From: Vicinamibacteria bacterium
Lineage (GTDB): Bacteria; Acidobacteriota; Vicinamibacteria; Fen-336; JAGNNV01
DNA length: 64,000 bases
Direction of reading: 5' to 3'
Assembly (NCBI GenBank): GCA_044229175.1
Contig: JBGATM010000006.1
Coordinates: 2,273-66,272, forward strand
Part shown: one piece after another, positions 29,904 to 41,511 of the stretch
How the letters are laid out: every line of letters begins with the position of its first letter
Position numbering within the stretch: the stretch's first letter is position 1
Notes under the pieces: generated by a model
What the model was told of the DNA's origin: nothing
The model's input: only the letters and a program-made list of their open reading frames with translations
Database searches by the model: none
Position numbers and translations under genes: made by a program

Positions 29904-31712
29904 GTGACCGAAGTCTTCCATCAAGTCTACCGTCCGGTCTTCGACAGCGTCCTTCTGTCCGCGCTCGTCGCATCGCTCCCGCCGCTCCTGCTCGCCGTGC
30001 TTTTGGCCGTCCTTCGGGTGGCGCCCTGGCGCGCCGCGGTGGCGGCGGCCGCGGCCGCCTTCGGGCTCGCGTGGCTCGTGTGGGGCATGCCGCTGTCGCT
30101 CACCATCGCCGCGGCCACCCACGGCATGGCCTTCGGCCTGTGGCCCATCTCCTGGATCGTGGTCAGCACCGTGTTCTTCTACAACCTCACGGTGGAGAGC
30201 GGCGACTTCGACGTCATCCGAAGGTCGCTCGCGCGGCTCACCGGCGACCGGCGCATCCAGCTCGTGCTGGTGGCCTTCTGCTTCGGGGCGCTCATCGAGG
30301 GCATCGCGGGATTCGGCGCGCCGGTGGCGATCTCCGCGGCCATGCTCGCGGGCCTCGGGTTCGAGCCCATCATGGCCGCGTCGCTCGCCCTCATCGCCAA
30401 CACCGCGCCGGTCGCCTTCGGATCGCTGGGCATTCCCCTGACCACGCTGGGCGGCCTGCTCGCGCCGATGCTCGGTCACGACACCCAGACCACCACGCGC
30501 GCGCTGTCGGCCATGGCCGGCCGTCAGCTCCCGATCTTCTCTCTGGCCATTCCCGCGTACCTCGTGGTCCTCTACGCGGGGTGGAGGCGGATGATCGAAG
30601 TCTGGCCGGCGGTCCTGACCGCGGGCGTCACCTTCGCCATCGGCCAGTTCACCGTCTCCAACTTCGTCGGGCCGGAGCTCACGGACGTCCTGGCCGCGCT
30701 CACCTCCCTGGCCTCGGTCGCGTTGCTCCTGCGCGTCTGGAGGCCGGCGGAGGAATTCACCGAAGGCGCGCGACCGGCGGTCACCCCGGACGCGCCACGC
30801 GACCCCGCAAGCCGGGTCTTCCGTGCGTACGCGACGTACGGCGTCCTGATCCTCACCGTGCTGGTCGGCCAGGTGGGGAACCTCCCGGGCATGTCGAGCG
30901 TGAGACCGCCGGCCAATGTCACGGCGCTTCTGAAGTGCGGGCAGGGCGGCAACAAGCTGTGCCCGGACCCCTGGCTGGGAACCAGTGCCGCGGTCGACCC
31001 GCAGTCGTTCCGTTTCCCGGTGTGGGAATTCGCTTGGCCGGGCGCCTACCGCATGCAGGACGGCAAGCCCGCGCCGCTGGTCCAGCGCGAGGCCCCGGTG
31101 GTGGCCGCCTCGACCCCGTACCCGCTGACCTACCGGCTCGATTTCCTCGCGACCGCCGGCACCCTCGTGTTCCTGGCCGTCTTGATCGCGTTCGTGCCGA
31201 TGCTGGCTTTCGGGGTCGCCCCGCGAGCGCTTCCGACCACGCTCGTGAAGACATTGCGGCAACTTCGGCTGCCGGTGATCACCATCGCCTTCATCCTGTC
31301 GATCGCGACCGTCATGAACTACTCGGGAATGACCTCGTCGATGGCTCTGGCCCTCGCGAGCACGGGCGTGCTCTTTCCCTTCTTCTCGGCCTGGCTCGGC
31401 ATGATCGGCGTCTTCCTGACCGGCAGCGACACCTCGTCGAACACCTTGTTCGGTCCGCTGCAGGCGACGACCGCGAAGCTGTCGGGGCTCGATCCGGTGC
31501 TGATGGGGGCCACCAACTCCTCGGCGGGCGTGATGGGCAAGATGATCAGCCCCCAGAACCTGTCGGTCGGTGCGGCGGGCGTGGGGGCGGTGGGCCGCGA
31601 AGGGGAGATCTTCGCGAAGGTGATCGTGCACAGTCTCATCCTGACCACCCTGATGGGCATCGTGGCCATGCTCCAGGCGTACGTCGTGCCCTGGATGGTT
31701 CCGAAGCTCTAG
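29904..31712 (+). CDS. lctP: L-lactate/glycolate permease (LctP family)
   Basis: DRRIQLVLVAFCFGALIEGIAGFG, ANTAPVAFG, GSDTSSNTLFG, GKMISPQ. Confidence 0.92.
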   Translation: MTEVFHQVYRPVFDSVLLSALVASLPPLLLAVLLAVLRVAPWRAAVAAAAAAFGLAWLVWGMPLSLTIAAATHGMAFGLWPISWIVVSTVFFYNLTVESGDFDVIRRSLARLTGDRRIQLVLVAFCFGALIEGIAGFGAPVAISAAMLAGLGFEPIMAASLALIANTAPVAFGSLGIPLTTLGGLLAPMLGHDTQTTTRALSAMAGRQLPIFSLAIPAYLVVLYAGWRRMIEVWPAVLTAGVTFAIGQFTVSNFVGPELTDVLAALTSLASVALLLRVWRPAEEFTEGARPAVTPDAPRDPASRVFRAYATYGVLILTVLVGQVGNLPGMSSVRPPANVTALLKCGQGGNKLCPDPWLGTSAAVDPQSFRFPVWEFAWPGAYRMQDGKPAPLVQREAPVVAASTPYPLTYRLDFLATAGTLVFLAVLIAFVPMLAFGVAPRALPTTLVKTLRQLRLPVITIAFILSIATVMNYSGMTSSMALALASTGVLFPFFSAWLGMIGVFLTGSDTSSNTLFGPLQATTAKLSGLDPVLMGATNSSAGVMGKMISPQNLSVGAAGVGAVGREGEIFAKVIVHSLILTTLMGIVAMLQAYVVPWMVPKL

Positions 31713-31758
31713 AGCACTGGCCACCCCTGCCTCGCTGGCGAGAATGATCGTTGGGAAG

Positions 31759-31784
31759 TGGACCCCGGCTTTCGCCGGGGTGAC
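31759..31784 (-). repeat. short REP-like palindrome GTCACCCCGGCGAAAGCCGGGGTCCA
   Basis: 8-bp stem ACCCCGGC/GCCGGGGT with GAAA loop on the minus strand, between convergent genes. Confidence 0.7.
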
Positions 31785-31809
31785 GGCCCCTGCTAAACGC
31801 CGGAGGCCG

Positions 31810-33948
31810 TCACTTGACGTCGTACTCGGGCTTGGCGACTCCCATGAGGTACTTGTCGAACCAGCCGACGATGTGACGGAGGCGCTCGATGCGGTGGGAG
31901 ATCTTTCCGGAACGCGACAGTTCATGGGTCTCGCCCGGGAAGCGAACCATCACGGTGTCGATCTTCATGTACTTGAGCGCGCGGAACATCTGCTCGCCAC
32001 CGTCCGAGGGCGGCGTGCGCAGGTCGTCTTCGCCCTCGATCAGCATCAGCGGGGTCTTCACGTTGCCCACGAAGGTGATGGCCGAGCGGGCCGCGAAGTC
32101 CTTCGGATCCTGCCAGGGCGCGGCCTTGAACCAGGTGGGCTGGAAAAGCACGAAGTCCGCGGTGTACCAGAAGCCCGACCAGTCCGCGATGGAACGCTGC
32201 GAGGCCGCGGCCTTGAAGCGCTGGTCGTGGGTGACGATCCAGTTGGTCAGGACGCCGCCCCCGCTGCCGCCGGTGACCGCGAGCTTCGTAGGATCCGCCC
32301 AGCCCTTCTTCACCATCTCGTCGACACCGATGAGCAGGTCAGTCGCATCGTCGCCCGGATAGTGGTGCTGGATGATGTTCGCGAAGTCCTGCCCGTAGGT
32401 AGTCGAGCCGCGCGGGTTCGGATAGAGGACGAGATAGCCCTTGGCGGCCATCCACTGCATCTCGTGGTCGAAGGTGTGGCCGTAGGCCGCGTGCGGACCG
32501 CCGTGGATGTTGAGGATCAGCGGATACTTCTTCGTGGGATCGAAGTGCGGCGGCTTCTGGACCAGGGTGTGGATCTTCTTCCCGTCGAAGCTCGTGTACC
32601 AGACGTCCTCCGCGGGGGTCAGATCGAGCTGGTTGAACAGCGCGTCGTTGAAGGAGGTGAGGCGCGTGGCCCTGCCCGTCGCGGCGTCCACGGTGTTGAG
32701 GTCGCCGAGCACCACGGTGCTGGAGATCAGCGCCACGAGGGTCTTCGCGTCGCCGGACGCTCCGTACTGCATGATGTCCTGATCGCCGGTGGTGAGGGCG
32801 GCGACCGCGCCGGTGCGCGAATCGATCCGCTTGAGATTCGCCCGGCCCTGCTCGCCCACCCTGATGATGATGGAGTTCCCGTCCGCGCTCCAGATGAGGC
32901 CGCCGTTCGACCCGCCGCGCGGAGGCGCCTGGTCGCCGCCCACGCCGCCGCCGATCTCGAAGTCATAAGCCGCGGTCAGGTTCTTCGGCGCGCCGATGGC
33001 GCCGGCGGTCACCTCGCACATCAACAGGTCCGACTGGTCGTAGGAACGCGTCGGCTTCATGTTCTTCGTCCCCGTGAAGGCCAGGCGCCTGCCGTCGGGC
33101 GAGAAGTCGAAATCCCCCATGCCGCCTTCGAAATCGAACGCGAGCTTCGACTCGCCGCCCGCCAGGGGCACCGACCAGATCTGGCTGTGCGAGTCCTCGT
33201 AGTAGGGCTCCTTCACATGGAGAGAGCGGTAGTAGAGGGTGGAGCCATCTTTCGAAAAGAGCGGCGCGCCCGCGCCGAAGGCGTCGTCGGTCACTCGTCG
33301 CGGTTCCGTCGACGAACCATCGGACAGGGTTACCGCGTAGATCTGGGGCTTGCGCGTGGGATCGTTGTAGCCGCCGCCGTTCGAGCGGTAAACCGCGCGG
33401 GTGATCACCTTGACGTCCGACTCCTTCGCCGGCTCCTTCGGAGGATTCTTCGCGAGCTTGATGTCCTCGTCGGTGGTGGTGCTGGTGAAGATGATGGTCT
33501 TGCCATCGGGTGAGAAGGTCGCGGCGCCCGCGCCCTTGGGGAGATCGGTGATCGCCTTCGGCTCGCCCCCCGACATGGGGATCAGGAAGAGCTGCGCCGG
33601 CTGGCGCTTGCCGTCCTTCTCGGCCACGCGCACGAATGCGAGCAGCGACCCATCGGGCGAAAACCGGGGAGACTGGTCGCGCGGCCCCGCGGTGAAGCGC
33701 CGGGGCGGCGTCTTGCCATCGGTGGCGGCGATCCAGATCGAGGTCTCGTACTCGTCCTTCTTCTCATTCGCGTCCACCCGGACGAAGGCGACGGTCTTGC
33801 CGTCGGGCGACACCTGCGGGTCGGCGCTCCAGACGAACTTCGCGATATCGGTCTCGGCAATGAGCCTCTTCGCGGTCGCCGCGGGCTGCGCCCCGGCCAG
33901 CGAGCCCAGCGAGAGGACGAGGAAAAGGGGAAGGATCTGCTTGTTCAT
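31810..33948 (-). CDS. secreted S9 family peptidase (acylaminoacyl peptidase-like) with PD40 propeller
   Basis: Signal peptide, SPDG repeats, IHGGPH, NPRGS, GGSGGG, DLR, ETHEL. Confidence 0.93.
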   Translation of the reverse strand: MNKQILPLFLVLSLGSLAGAQPAATAKRLIAETDIAKFVWSADPQVSPDGKTVAFVRVDANEKKDEYETSIWIAATDGKTPPRRFTAGPRDQSPRFSPDGSLLAFVRVAEKDGKRQPAQLFLIPMSGGEPKAITDLPKGAGAATFSPDGKTIIFTSTTTDEDIKLAKNPPKEPAKESDVKVITRAVYRSNGGGYNDPTRKPQIYAVTLSDGSSTEPRRVTDDAFGAGAPLFSKDGSTLYYRSLHVKEPYYEDSHSQIWSVPLAGGESKLAFDFEGGMGDFDFSPDGRRLAFTGTKNMKPTRSYDQSDLLMCEVTAGAIGAPKNLTAAYDFEIGGGVGGDQAPPRGGSNGGLIWSADGNSIIIRVGEQGRANLKRIDSRTGAVAALTTGDQDIMQYGASGDAKTLVALISSTVVLGDLNTVDAATGRATRLTSFNDALFNQLDLTPAEDVWYTSFDGKKIHTLVQKPPHFDPTKKYPLILNIHGGPHAAYGHTFDHEMQWMAAKGYLVLYPNPRGSTTYGQDFANIIQHHYPGDDATDLLIGVDEMVKKGWADPTKLAVTGGSGGGVLTNWIVTHDQRFKAAASQRSIADWSGFWYTADFVLFQPTWFKAAPWQDPKDFAARSAITFVGNVKTPLMLIEGEDDLRTPPSDGGEQMFRALKYMKIDTVMVRFPGETHELSRSGKISHRIERLRHIVGWFDKYLMGVAKPEYDVK

Positions 33949-33987
33949 GGGGCTCCTGAGCCAAATAAAGTCGGTGGGCGAGCTTAG

Positions 33988-36440
<2,453 letters not shown>

Positions 36441-36444
36441 CGGT

Positions 36445-37359
36445 TCAGCTGCCCACCACGCGATTTCGGCCGGCTTTCTTGGCGCGGTAGAGGCGGCCGT
36501 CGGCCAGTTCCATCAGCACCTCCGCGGTGGTGACGGCCTCGGGGCCGGTGGTGGCCACGCCAATGCTCACGGTAATGCAGATGGCGGCGCTCGAGCGCTT
36601 GTGGGCGATCCCGAGGCCCTCGATGCCGATGCGGAGCCTCTCCGCGACTTCCATGGCTCCCTCGAGCGGCGTGTCCGGCATGATCACCACGAACTCCTCG
36701 CCTCCGTAACGCGCGACCAGGTCCGCGGGCCGCAGGATGCGCTTGCGGAGGCTCTTCGCCACGAGCTGCAGGGCGCGATCGCCCATGGCGTGCCCATAGT
36801 GATCGTTGTAGCGCTTGAAGAAGTCGACATCGATGATGGCCACGGAAAGCGGGCGTCCGGTGCGGGCCGCGCGGGCCCATTCCGTGGCCAGAGCCGCGTC
36901 GAACTGCCGGCGATTCGGGAGTTCGGTCAGGCCGTCGATGTTGGCGAGCTGCTCCAGCATGCGGCGCTGCCGCACCACCTGCATGTGCAGGGCCACCCGC
37001 GCCTTCACCACCATCGAGTGAAATGGCTTGGTCACGTAGTCGGAAGCGCCCTGCACGAGCGCGCGTTCCTCCTGCTCGGGGGAATCCTGACCGGTGATGA
37101 AGACCACGCACAGGGACGACGTGCGCTGGTCCTCCTTGAGACGGCGCAGCACCTCGTAGCCATCGACGTCGGGCATCATCACGTCGAGCAGAATGACGTC
37201 GGGCTGGTGCGCGTGCGCGAGCGCCACTCCCTCCTCGCCGCTCTTGGCCAGCAGGACCGCGTAGTCGCCCTGAAACAGGTCGCCGAGCATCTGACGGTTG
37301 GTCGCCGAGTCGTCGACGATCAGAACCTTCTGTGCTCCGGCGTGGTTGTCGCGACCCAT
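36445..37359 (-). CDS. response regulator diguanylate cyclase (REC-GGDEF)
   Basis: IVDD, LLDVMMP, TKPF; DVDFFKRYND, RPAD I-site, GGEEF. Confidence 0.93.
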   Translation of the reverse strand: MGRDNHAGAQKVLIVDDSATNRQMLGDLFQGDYAVLLAKSGEEGVALAHAHQPDVILLDVMMPDVDGYEVLRRLKEDQRTSSLCVVFITGQDSPEQEERALVQGASDYVTKPFHSMVVKARVALHMQVVRQRRMLEQLANIDGLTELPNRRQFDAALATEWARAARTGRPLSVAIIDVDFFKRYNDHYGHAMGDRALQLVAKSLRKRILRPADLVARYGGEEFVVIMPDTPLEGAMEVAERLRIGIEGLGIAHKRSSAAICITVSIGVATTGPEAVTTAEVLMELADGRLYRAKKAGRNRVVGS

Positions 37360-37524
37360 GGGCTCTTGGCCGTTGATTGTAGCGGGTCGCCTCTCCCGCC
37401 CGGCGTACAGCCGGTTGAACCGCTGAAATCCCTGAGACTTTCCCAGGGGAACCTGCGTCTATGGGAACGAAGGCTTTTTGAGAAGAAGCACGTCTTTTGA
37501 AGATCAGATGAAAGGTCCAACGCC

Positions 37525-38427
37525 ATGAAGACATCGCTCATCGTGCCCGCCCTGATGGCGGGACAGTTGCTGGCCGGCCCCGCCTTTGCGCAGGGTTCCG
37601 GGAGGAACGTCACCATCCTCCGGATGTCGGGCCCGCAGCTCGGGGTCCGGCTGGAGGAGGTCGACAAGGACGCAGTGACGCGGCTCCGGCTCAAGGAGGA
37701 GAAGGGAGCGCTCGTCGCCGAGGTCCTGAAGGACTCCGCGGCCGAAAAGGCCGGAATCCTGAAAGACGACGTCATCTTGAAGTTTCAGGGCGAGTCGGTC
37801 CTGACCGCCGCCCAGCTGGCCCGCCTGGTGCGCGAGGTGCCTGCGGGTCGCAAGGTCGACATCGACCTCGTGCGCAACGGCGCCCCGGTCAAGGTCGCGG
37901 CCACCCTCGAGCGGGCCGAGTGGAAGGGCGACGCGGCGGACATGCCCGAACTCGCCAATCTCGACAAACAACTTTCGGAGAAACTGGGAAAGCTTGGAGA
38001 CCTGCGCTTCAAGACCCGGGAAGGCGAGGGGCCGCACTCGTTCAATTTCAAGCTGGATGAGAACGGTCCCATGGCGTTCTCGCGCGTCGGCCGGGGCCGC
38101 CTCGGCATCACCTACACCGAGATCGAGGGCCAGCTCGCCCGCTACTTCAAGTCGCCAAAGGAGAGCGCCATCCTCGTGAACTCGGTGGTCGAAGGGTCCG
38201 CCGCGGAGAAGGCGGGCATCAAGGCCGGCGACCTCCTGGTCAAGGTCGGCGGCGCTTCGATCGAGGAAGCCTCCGACCTGCGGGAAGCGGTGAACCAGCT
38301 CGAAACCGGCAAGCCCTCGCCGGTCACGGTCTGGCGCGACGGCAAGAGCGTCGACCTTTCGGTGACCCTCGAGGCGCCCCGGAACACGCGCCTCGAATCG
38401 CCCCGGCGACGGCGCCCGGTGTCCTGA
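37525..38427 (+). CDS. secreted tandem-PDZ protein without protease domain
   Basis: Signal peptide; two PDZ units LGV...SAAEKAGI..DVI and LGI...SAAEKAGIKAGDLL. Confidence 0.85.
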   Translation: MKTSLIVPALMAGQLLAGPAFAQGSGRNVTILRMSGPQLGVRLEEVDKDAVTRLRLKEEKGALVAEVLKDSAAEKAGILKDDVILKFQGESVLTAAQLARLVREVPAGRKVDIDLVRNGAPVKVAATLERAEWKGDAADMPELANLDKQLSEKLGKLGDLRFKTREGEGPHSFNFKLDENGPMAFSRVGRGRLGITYTEIEGQLARYFKSPKESAILVNSVVEGSAAEKAGIKAGDLLVKVGGASIEEASDLREAVNQLETGKPSPVTVWRDGKSVDLSVTLEAPRNTRLESPRRRRPVS

Positions 38428-38440
38428 GGTCCGTCCGCGG

Positions 38441-39340
38441 CTACTGCAGGGCCAGCTTGATCGCGTCCTCGAGGGCGGCCTTCTCGTGGCCGTTCACGAG
38501 GTGCTTCACCACCACTCCCGCCTTGTCGACGAAGAAGAGGGTCGGGAAGACCGAAACTCCACCGTAGGCGGTCTGGGCCGCGGCGTTCGCGTGGCCCAGC
38601 GCGAAGGTGATCCCGAGCTTGGCCGCATAGGCCGCGCGGTCGGCGTCGGTGTAATCGAGTTCGAGGAGGCTGTCCGCGTTCAGGGCGAGGATGCTGAAGC
38701 CCCGCGGGCGATAGACCTTGTCGAGTTCGACGAGCAGGGGCGAGGTCGCGAGGCAGGGCGGACAGTTGGTGAACCAGAAGTAGAGAAGGAAGGGCTTCCC
38801 CGCCATGCTCGCCAGGCTCAGCTCCGTCCCGTCATAGGCCTTGACCGCGAAAGCCGGGGCCGGGTTCCCCTCCCAGCCGGTGATGGTGCGTTCCAGGATC
38901 TTGCCGAATCTCGGATGAGCCAGGATCCTCTGCGCATCGACCTTGAGAATCTCGCCGGTCGCGGGATCGCGCTCGAGGAACCTCGGCATGCGCGGATCGG
39001 ACTCCATGATCCGGAGGATCACATCCGCCTCGCCCGGGACGGTGAGGGCGAACTGCTCCGAAATCTCCTTCAGGGACGGCGGTATCCCCTTGGCCTTCTG
39101 AGCCTGCACGATGAAGAGCGGGATCTTGAAGAATGTGTTGAAGAGCCGGTTCAGGGCCTTGCGTTCGGGCTCGCCGGTGAAGACCTCGTTGAAGAGCGTC
39201 GACACCACCACGGGGACTCCGGGCTTTACATTCGCCCGAAGGTATTCGACGACCGCCGCCTCGGGACGAAGGTGCGGGGCCGCCGCGGGGGGCTGGACGG
39301 TCAGGAAGAGGGCGACGACAAAGCTGGAAGTGATCATCAT
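38441..39340 (-). CDS. secreted TlpA-like redoxin with uncharacterised N-terminal domain
   Basis: Signal peptide; PAPAF, FWFTNCPPC, FPTLFFVDKAG. Confidence 0.82.
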   Translation of the reverse strand: MMITSSFVVALFLTVQPPAAAPHLRPEAAVVEYLRANVKPGVPVVVSTLFNEVFTGEPERKALNRLFNTFFKIPLFIVQAQKAKGIPPSLKEISEQFALTVPGEADVILRIMESDPRMPRFLERDPATGEILKVDAQRILAHPRFGKILERTITGWEGNPAPAFAVKAYDGTELSLASMAGKPFLLYFWFTNCPPCLATSPLLVELDKVYRPRGFSILALNADSLLELDYTDADRAAYAAKLGITFALGHANAAAQTAYGGVSVFPTLFFVDKAGVVVKHLVNGHEKAALEDAIKLALQ

Positions 39341-39347
39341 TTTTCGC

Positions 39348-39377
39348 TTGACATCTTCGCATGCCGGGGAGTACCTT
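39348..39377 (+). promoter_or_regulatory. sigma70-type promoter TTGACA-N18-TACCTT
   Basis: Perfect -35 at 39348-53; TAnnnT -10 at 39372-77. Confidence 0.65.
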
Positions 39378-39382
39378 CTTTG

Positions 39383-39495
39383 TGCCCCTCCCGGGGAACG
39401 CCGCTCGGGACCCCATCCACCCACACCTCCTACAGGCGTGACAGGCTGGAGAGACAGCCTCTCGTCCCGACCCTCCCAGGTCGGGATTCTTGTTT
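39383..39495 (+). ncRNA. candidate small RNA or attenuator leader (~113 nt)
   Basis: Bounded by the promoter above and an intrinsic terminator; internal hairpin AGGCTG-GAGAGA-CAGCCT; C-rich ACCTCCT motif. Confidence 0.45.
39465..39495 (+). terminator. intrinsic terminator
   Basis: TCCCGACC-CTCCCA-GGTCGGGA stem-loop followed by TTCTTGTTT. Confidence 0.7.
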
Positions 39496-39527
39496 AGGCC
39501 CCTTCGTTCCCGTAGGCTCGCTCTCGA

Positions 39528-40055
39528 GTGGAACCCGTCAACTCGACGACCTTCCGTGAAGCGATGTCGCGATTCGCGAGCGGCGTCGCCGTGGTGACGG
39601 CCCGCCGGGGCCACGAGCGTTTCGGCCTCACCGCCAGTTCGTTCGCGAGCGTTTCCCTGGATCCTCCGCTCGTGCTGGTGTGCGTCGCCCGGACGCTTCC
39701 GGCCCACGCCGCCATCGCGGCCGAGCGTGCGTTCGCGGTGAACATTCTCGGCGCCCATCAGCTCGACGTGGCGTTACGCTTTGCCGGCCTGAAGCCCGAA
39801 CTGACCGATCGGTTCGAGGGACTCGCCTGGACCGAGGGAGTCACCGGAGCGCCGCTTCTCGATGGCTCGATCGCCTCCCTCGACTGCCGGGTGCACGCAA
39901 GCCATCCCGGGGGAGACCACACGATCTTCGTCGGCGAGGTGGTGGGCGCCGCGATCGGGAGTGACGGCGAGCCCCTGCTGTACCACAGCCGCGGGTGGCA
40001 TCGGCCCGAGGCGCTGCGGTCCGCCGGCCGGGCGGACGATGTGACCGGACCCTGA
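39528..40055 (+). CDS. flavin reductase family protein (HpaC/RutF-like)
   Basis: FREAMSRFASGV, GLTASSFASVSLDPP, GDHTIFVGEV. Confidence 0.93.
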   Translation: MEPVNSTTFREAMSRFASGVAVVTARRGHERFGLTASSFASVSLDPPLVLVCVARTLPAHAAIAAERAFAVNILGAHQLDVALRFAGLKPELTDRFEGLAWTEGVTGAPLLDGSIASLDCRVHASHPGGDHTIFVGEVVGAAIGSDGEPLLYHSRGWHRPEALRSAGRADDVTGP

Positions 40056-40058
40056 CGC

Positions 40059-41039
40059 CTACAGATCTCCGCCCACGCGGATCAGGGACTTGCCGAAGAG
40101 TTCGCGGTTCTCGAACTTGCGGTGAAGGTCGGGCACGTCGGCGAGGTCGTAGACGCCGGTGATGCCGGTCTTCCAGCGGCCGGTGCGGAGAGCCTCGTGG
40201 ATCGCGGGCTTCTCCGCGCCCTTCGTGGCCGCCATGGCCACATAGACCACGAAACCGCGCACCGCGATCGTCTTCGCGTAGAGCTGCTTCGAGATGTCCA
40301 CGGGCGGAGGAAAGCCGCCGAGCGCGCCGATGTAGATAACCTCGCCGAGGTTCGCCACTGCGTCGTAGTTTTTCGGCGCCTCGGGTCCGGCCACGCCGTC
40401 GACGATGAGATCGACGCCGCGGCCGTCGGTGAGCCGCTTCACTTCCGCGACCCAGTCGGTGTCGCGATAGTTGATGACGTGGTGCGCGCCGAAGCCCTTG
40501 ACGAAGTCGACCTTCGAAGGAGAACAGGTGGTGAAGACGGTGGCCCCGGCCTCGCGGGCGATCTGCGAGCCCATGATGGACACCGAGCCCGCACCGGAGT
40601 GGAAGAGGACGGACATCCCGGGCTTCAGCTTCCCCACGGTGTGCACGAGGTGCCAGGCCGAGTAGGTTCCGGTCTGAAACACCGTCCCGGTCTGCCAGTC
40701 GAAGCCCTCGGGGATCATCGAGAGGCGCGCGGCGGTGGCGATCGCATACTCCGCGTTCCCGCCCCATTCCCCCACCGAGGCCACCCGCCGGCCCACGAGC
40801 GAGGGGTCGGCGCCCGCGCCCACCTTGTCGACCACGCCGCTGTACTCGTAGCCGGGGGTGAAGGGAAACGTGGGCGCGTTCCAGGCCACGCGCTTCGCGC
40901 GCGCATGGGTGTCGAGCGGGTTGAGGTCGGAATAGGCGACCCTGACCCGCGCCTGGCCGGGGCCCGGCTCGGGAACGGGAATGTCTTTCAGGGTCAGGAC
41001 TTCGGGGCCGCCCGGAACGTCGGCAACGATGGCGCGCAT
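40059..41039 (-). CDS. NADPH:quinone oxidoreductase (zinc-independent MDR)
   Basis: GGPEVL, PFTPGYEYSG, HVINY, GRGVDLIVD, GKSLI; start MRAIV with GGAG SD. Confidence 0.88.
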   Translation of the reverse strand: MRAIVADVPGGPEVLTLKDIPVPEPGPGQARVRVAYSDLNPLDTHARAKRVAWNAPTFPFTPGYEYSGVVDKVGAGADPSLVGRRVASVGEWGGNAEYAIATAARLSMIPEGFDWQTGTVFQTGTYSAWHLVHTVGKLKPGMSVLFHSGAGSVSIMGSQIAREAGATVFTTCSPSKVDFVKGFGAHHVINYRDTDWVAEVKRLTDGRGVDLIVDGVAGPEAPKNYDAVANLGEVIYIGALGGFPPPVDISKQLYAKTIAVRGFVVYVAMAATKGAEKPAIHEALRTGRWKTGITGVYDLADVPDLHRKFENRELFGKSLIRVGGDL

Positions 41040-41099
41040 AGGAGTGTTCTCCACTGAGATGAGATTGGGGGGCCGAGTGTACAAGGGTAGGCTCCGCCC

Positions 41100-41507
41100 A
41101 TGACCGGCTCATCGACTGAGGAGAAGGGGCGGGCGACGTTCGAGAAATTCCGCCGGGGCCTCCAGACCGGCGACTGGAGCGGCTTCACCGATCTGCTCAC
41201 CGACGACTTCACCTTCTACTTCCCGCAGGGGAAATGGCGCGGGGAGCACCGCGGCAAGACGAAGGCGCTGGAGTTCTTCCCCTACGTGACCTCGGTATTC
41301 CCCGGAGGAATCACCGTGGTATCGCTCGACCGCGTTCACGTGTCCGGTGACACCGCGATGCTGGAGTTCAAGGACGAGGGGACGATGGTGCTGCCGGGGG
41401 CGCCGCCAAAGCCCTACCGGAACCGCGTGGCCATCGCTTTCGACTTCCGCGGTGATCTCGTCTGCGGCTACCGCGAGTACTTCGGGAGCGACGGAAGCTC
41501 GTATTGA
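41100..41507 (+). CDS. NTF2/SnoaL-like protein
   Basis: LLTDDFTFYFP, YRNRVAIAFDFRGD..CGYREYF. Confidence 0.82.
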   Translation: MTGSSTEEKGRATFEKFRRGLQTGDWSGFTDLLTDDFTFYFPQGKWRGEHRGKTKALEFFPYVTSVFPGGITVVSLDRVHVSGDTAMLEFKDEGTMVLPGAPPKPYRNRVAIAFDFRGDLVCGYREYFGSDGSSY

Positions 41508-41511
41508 CGCC

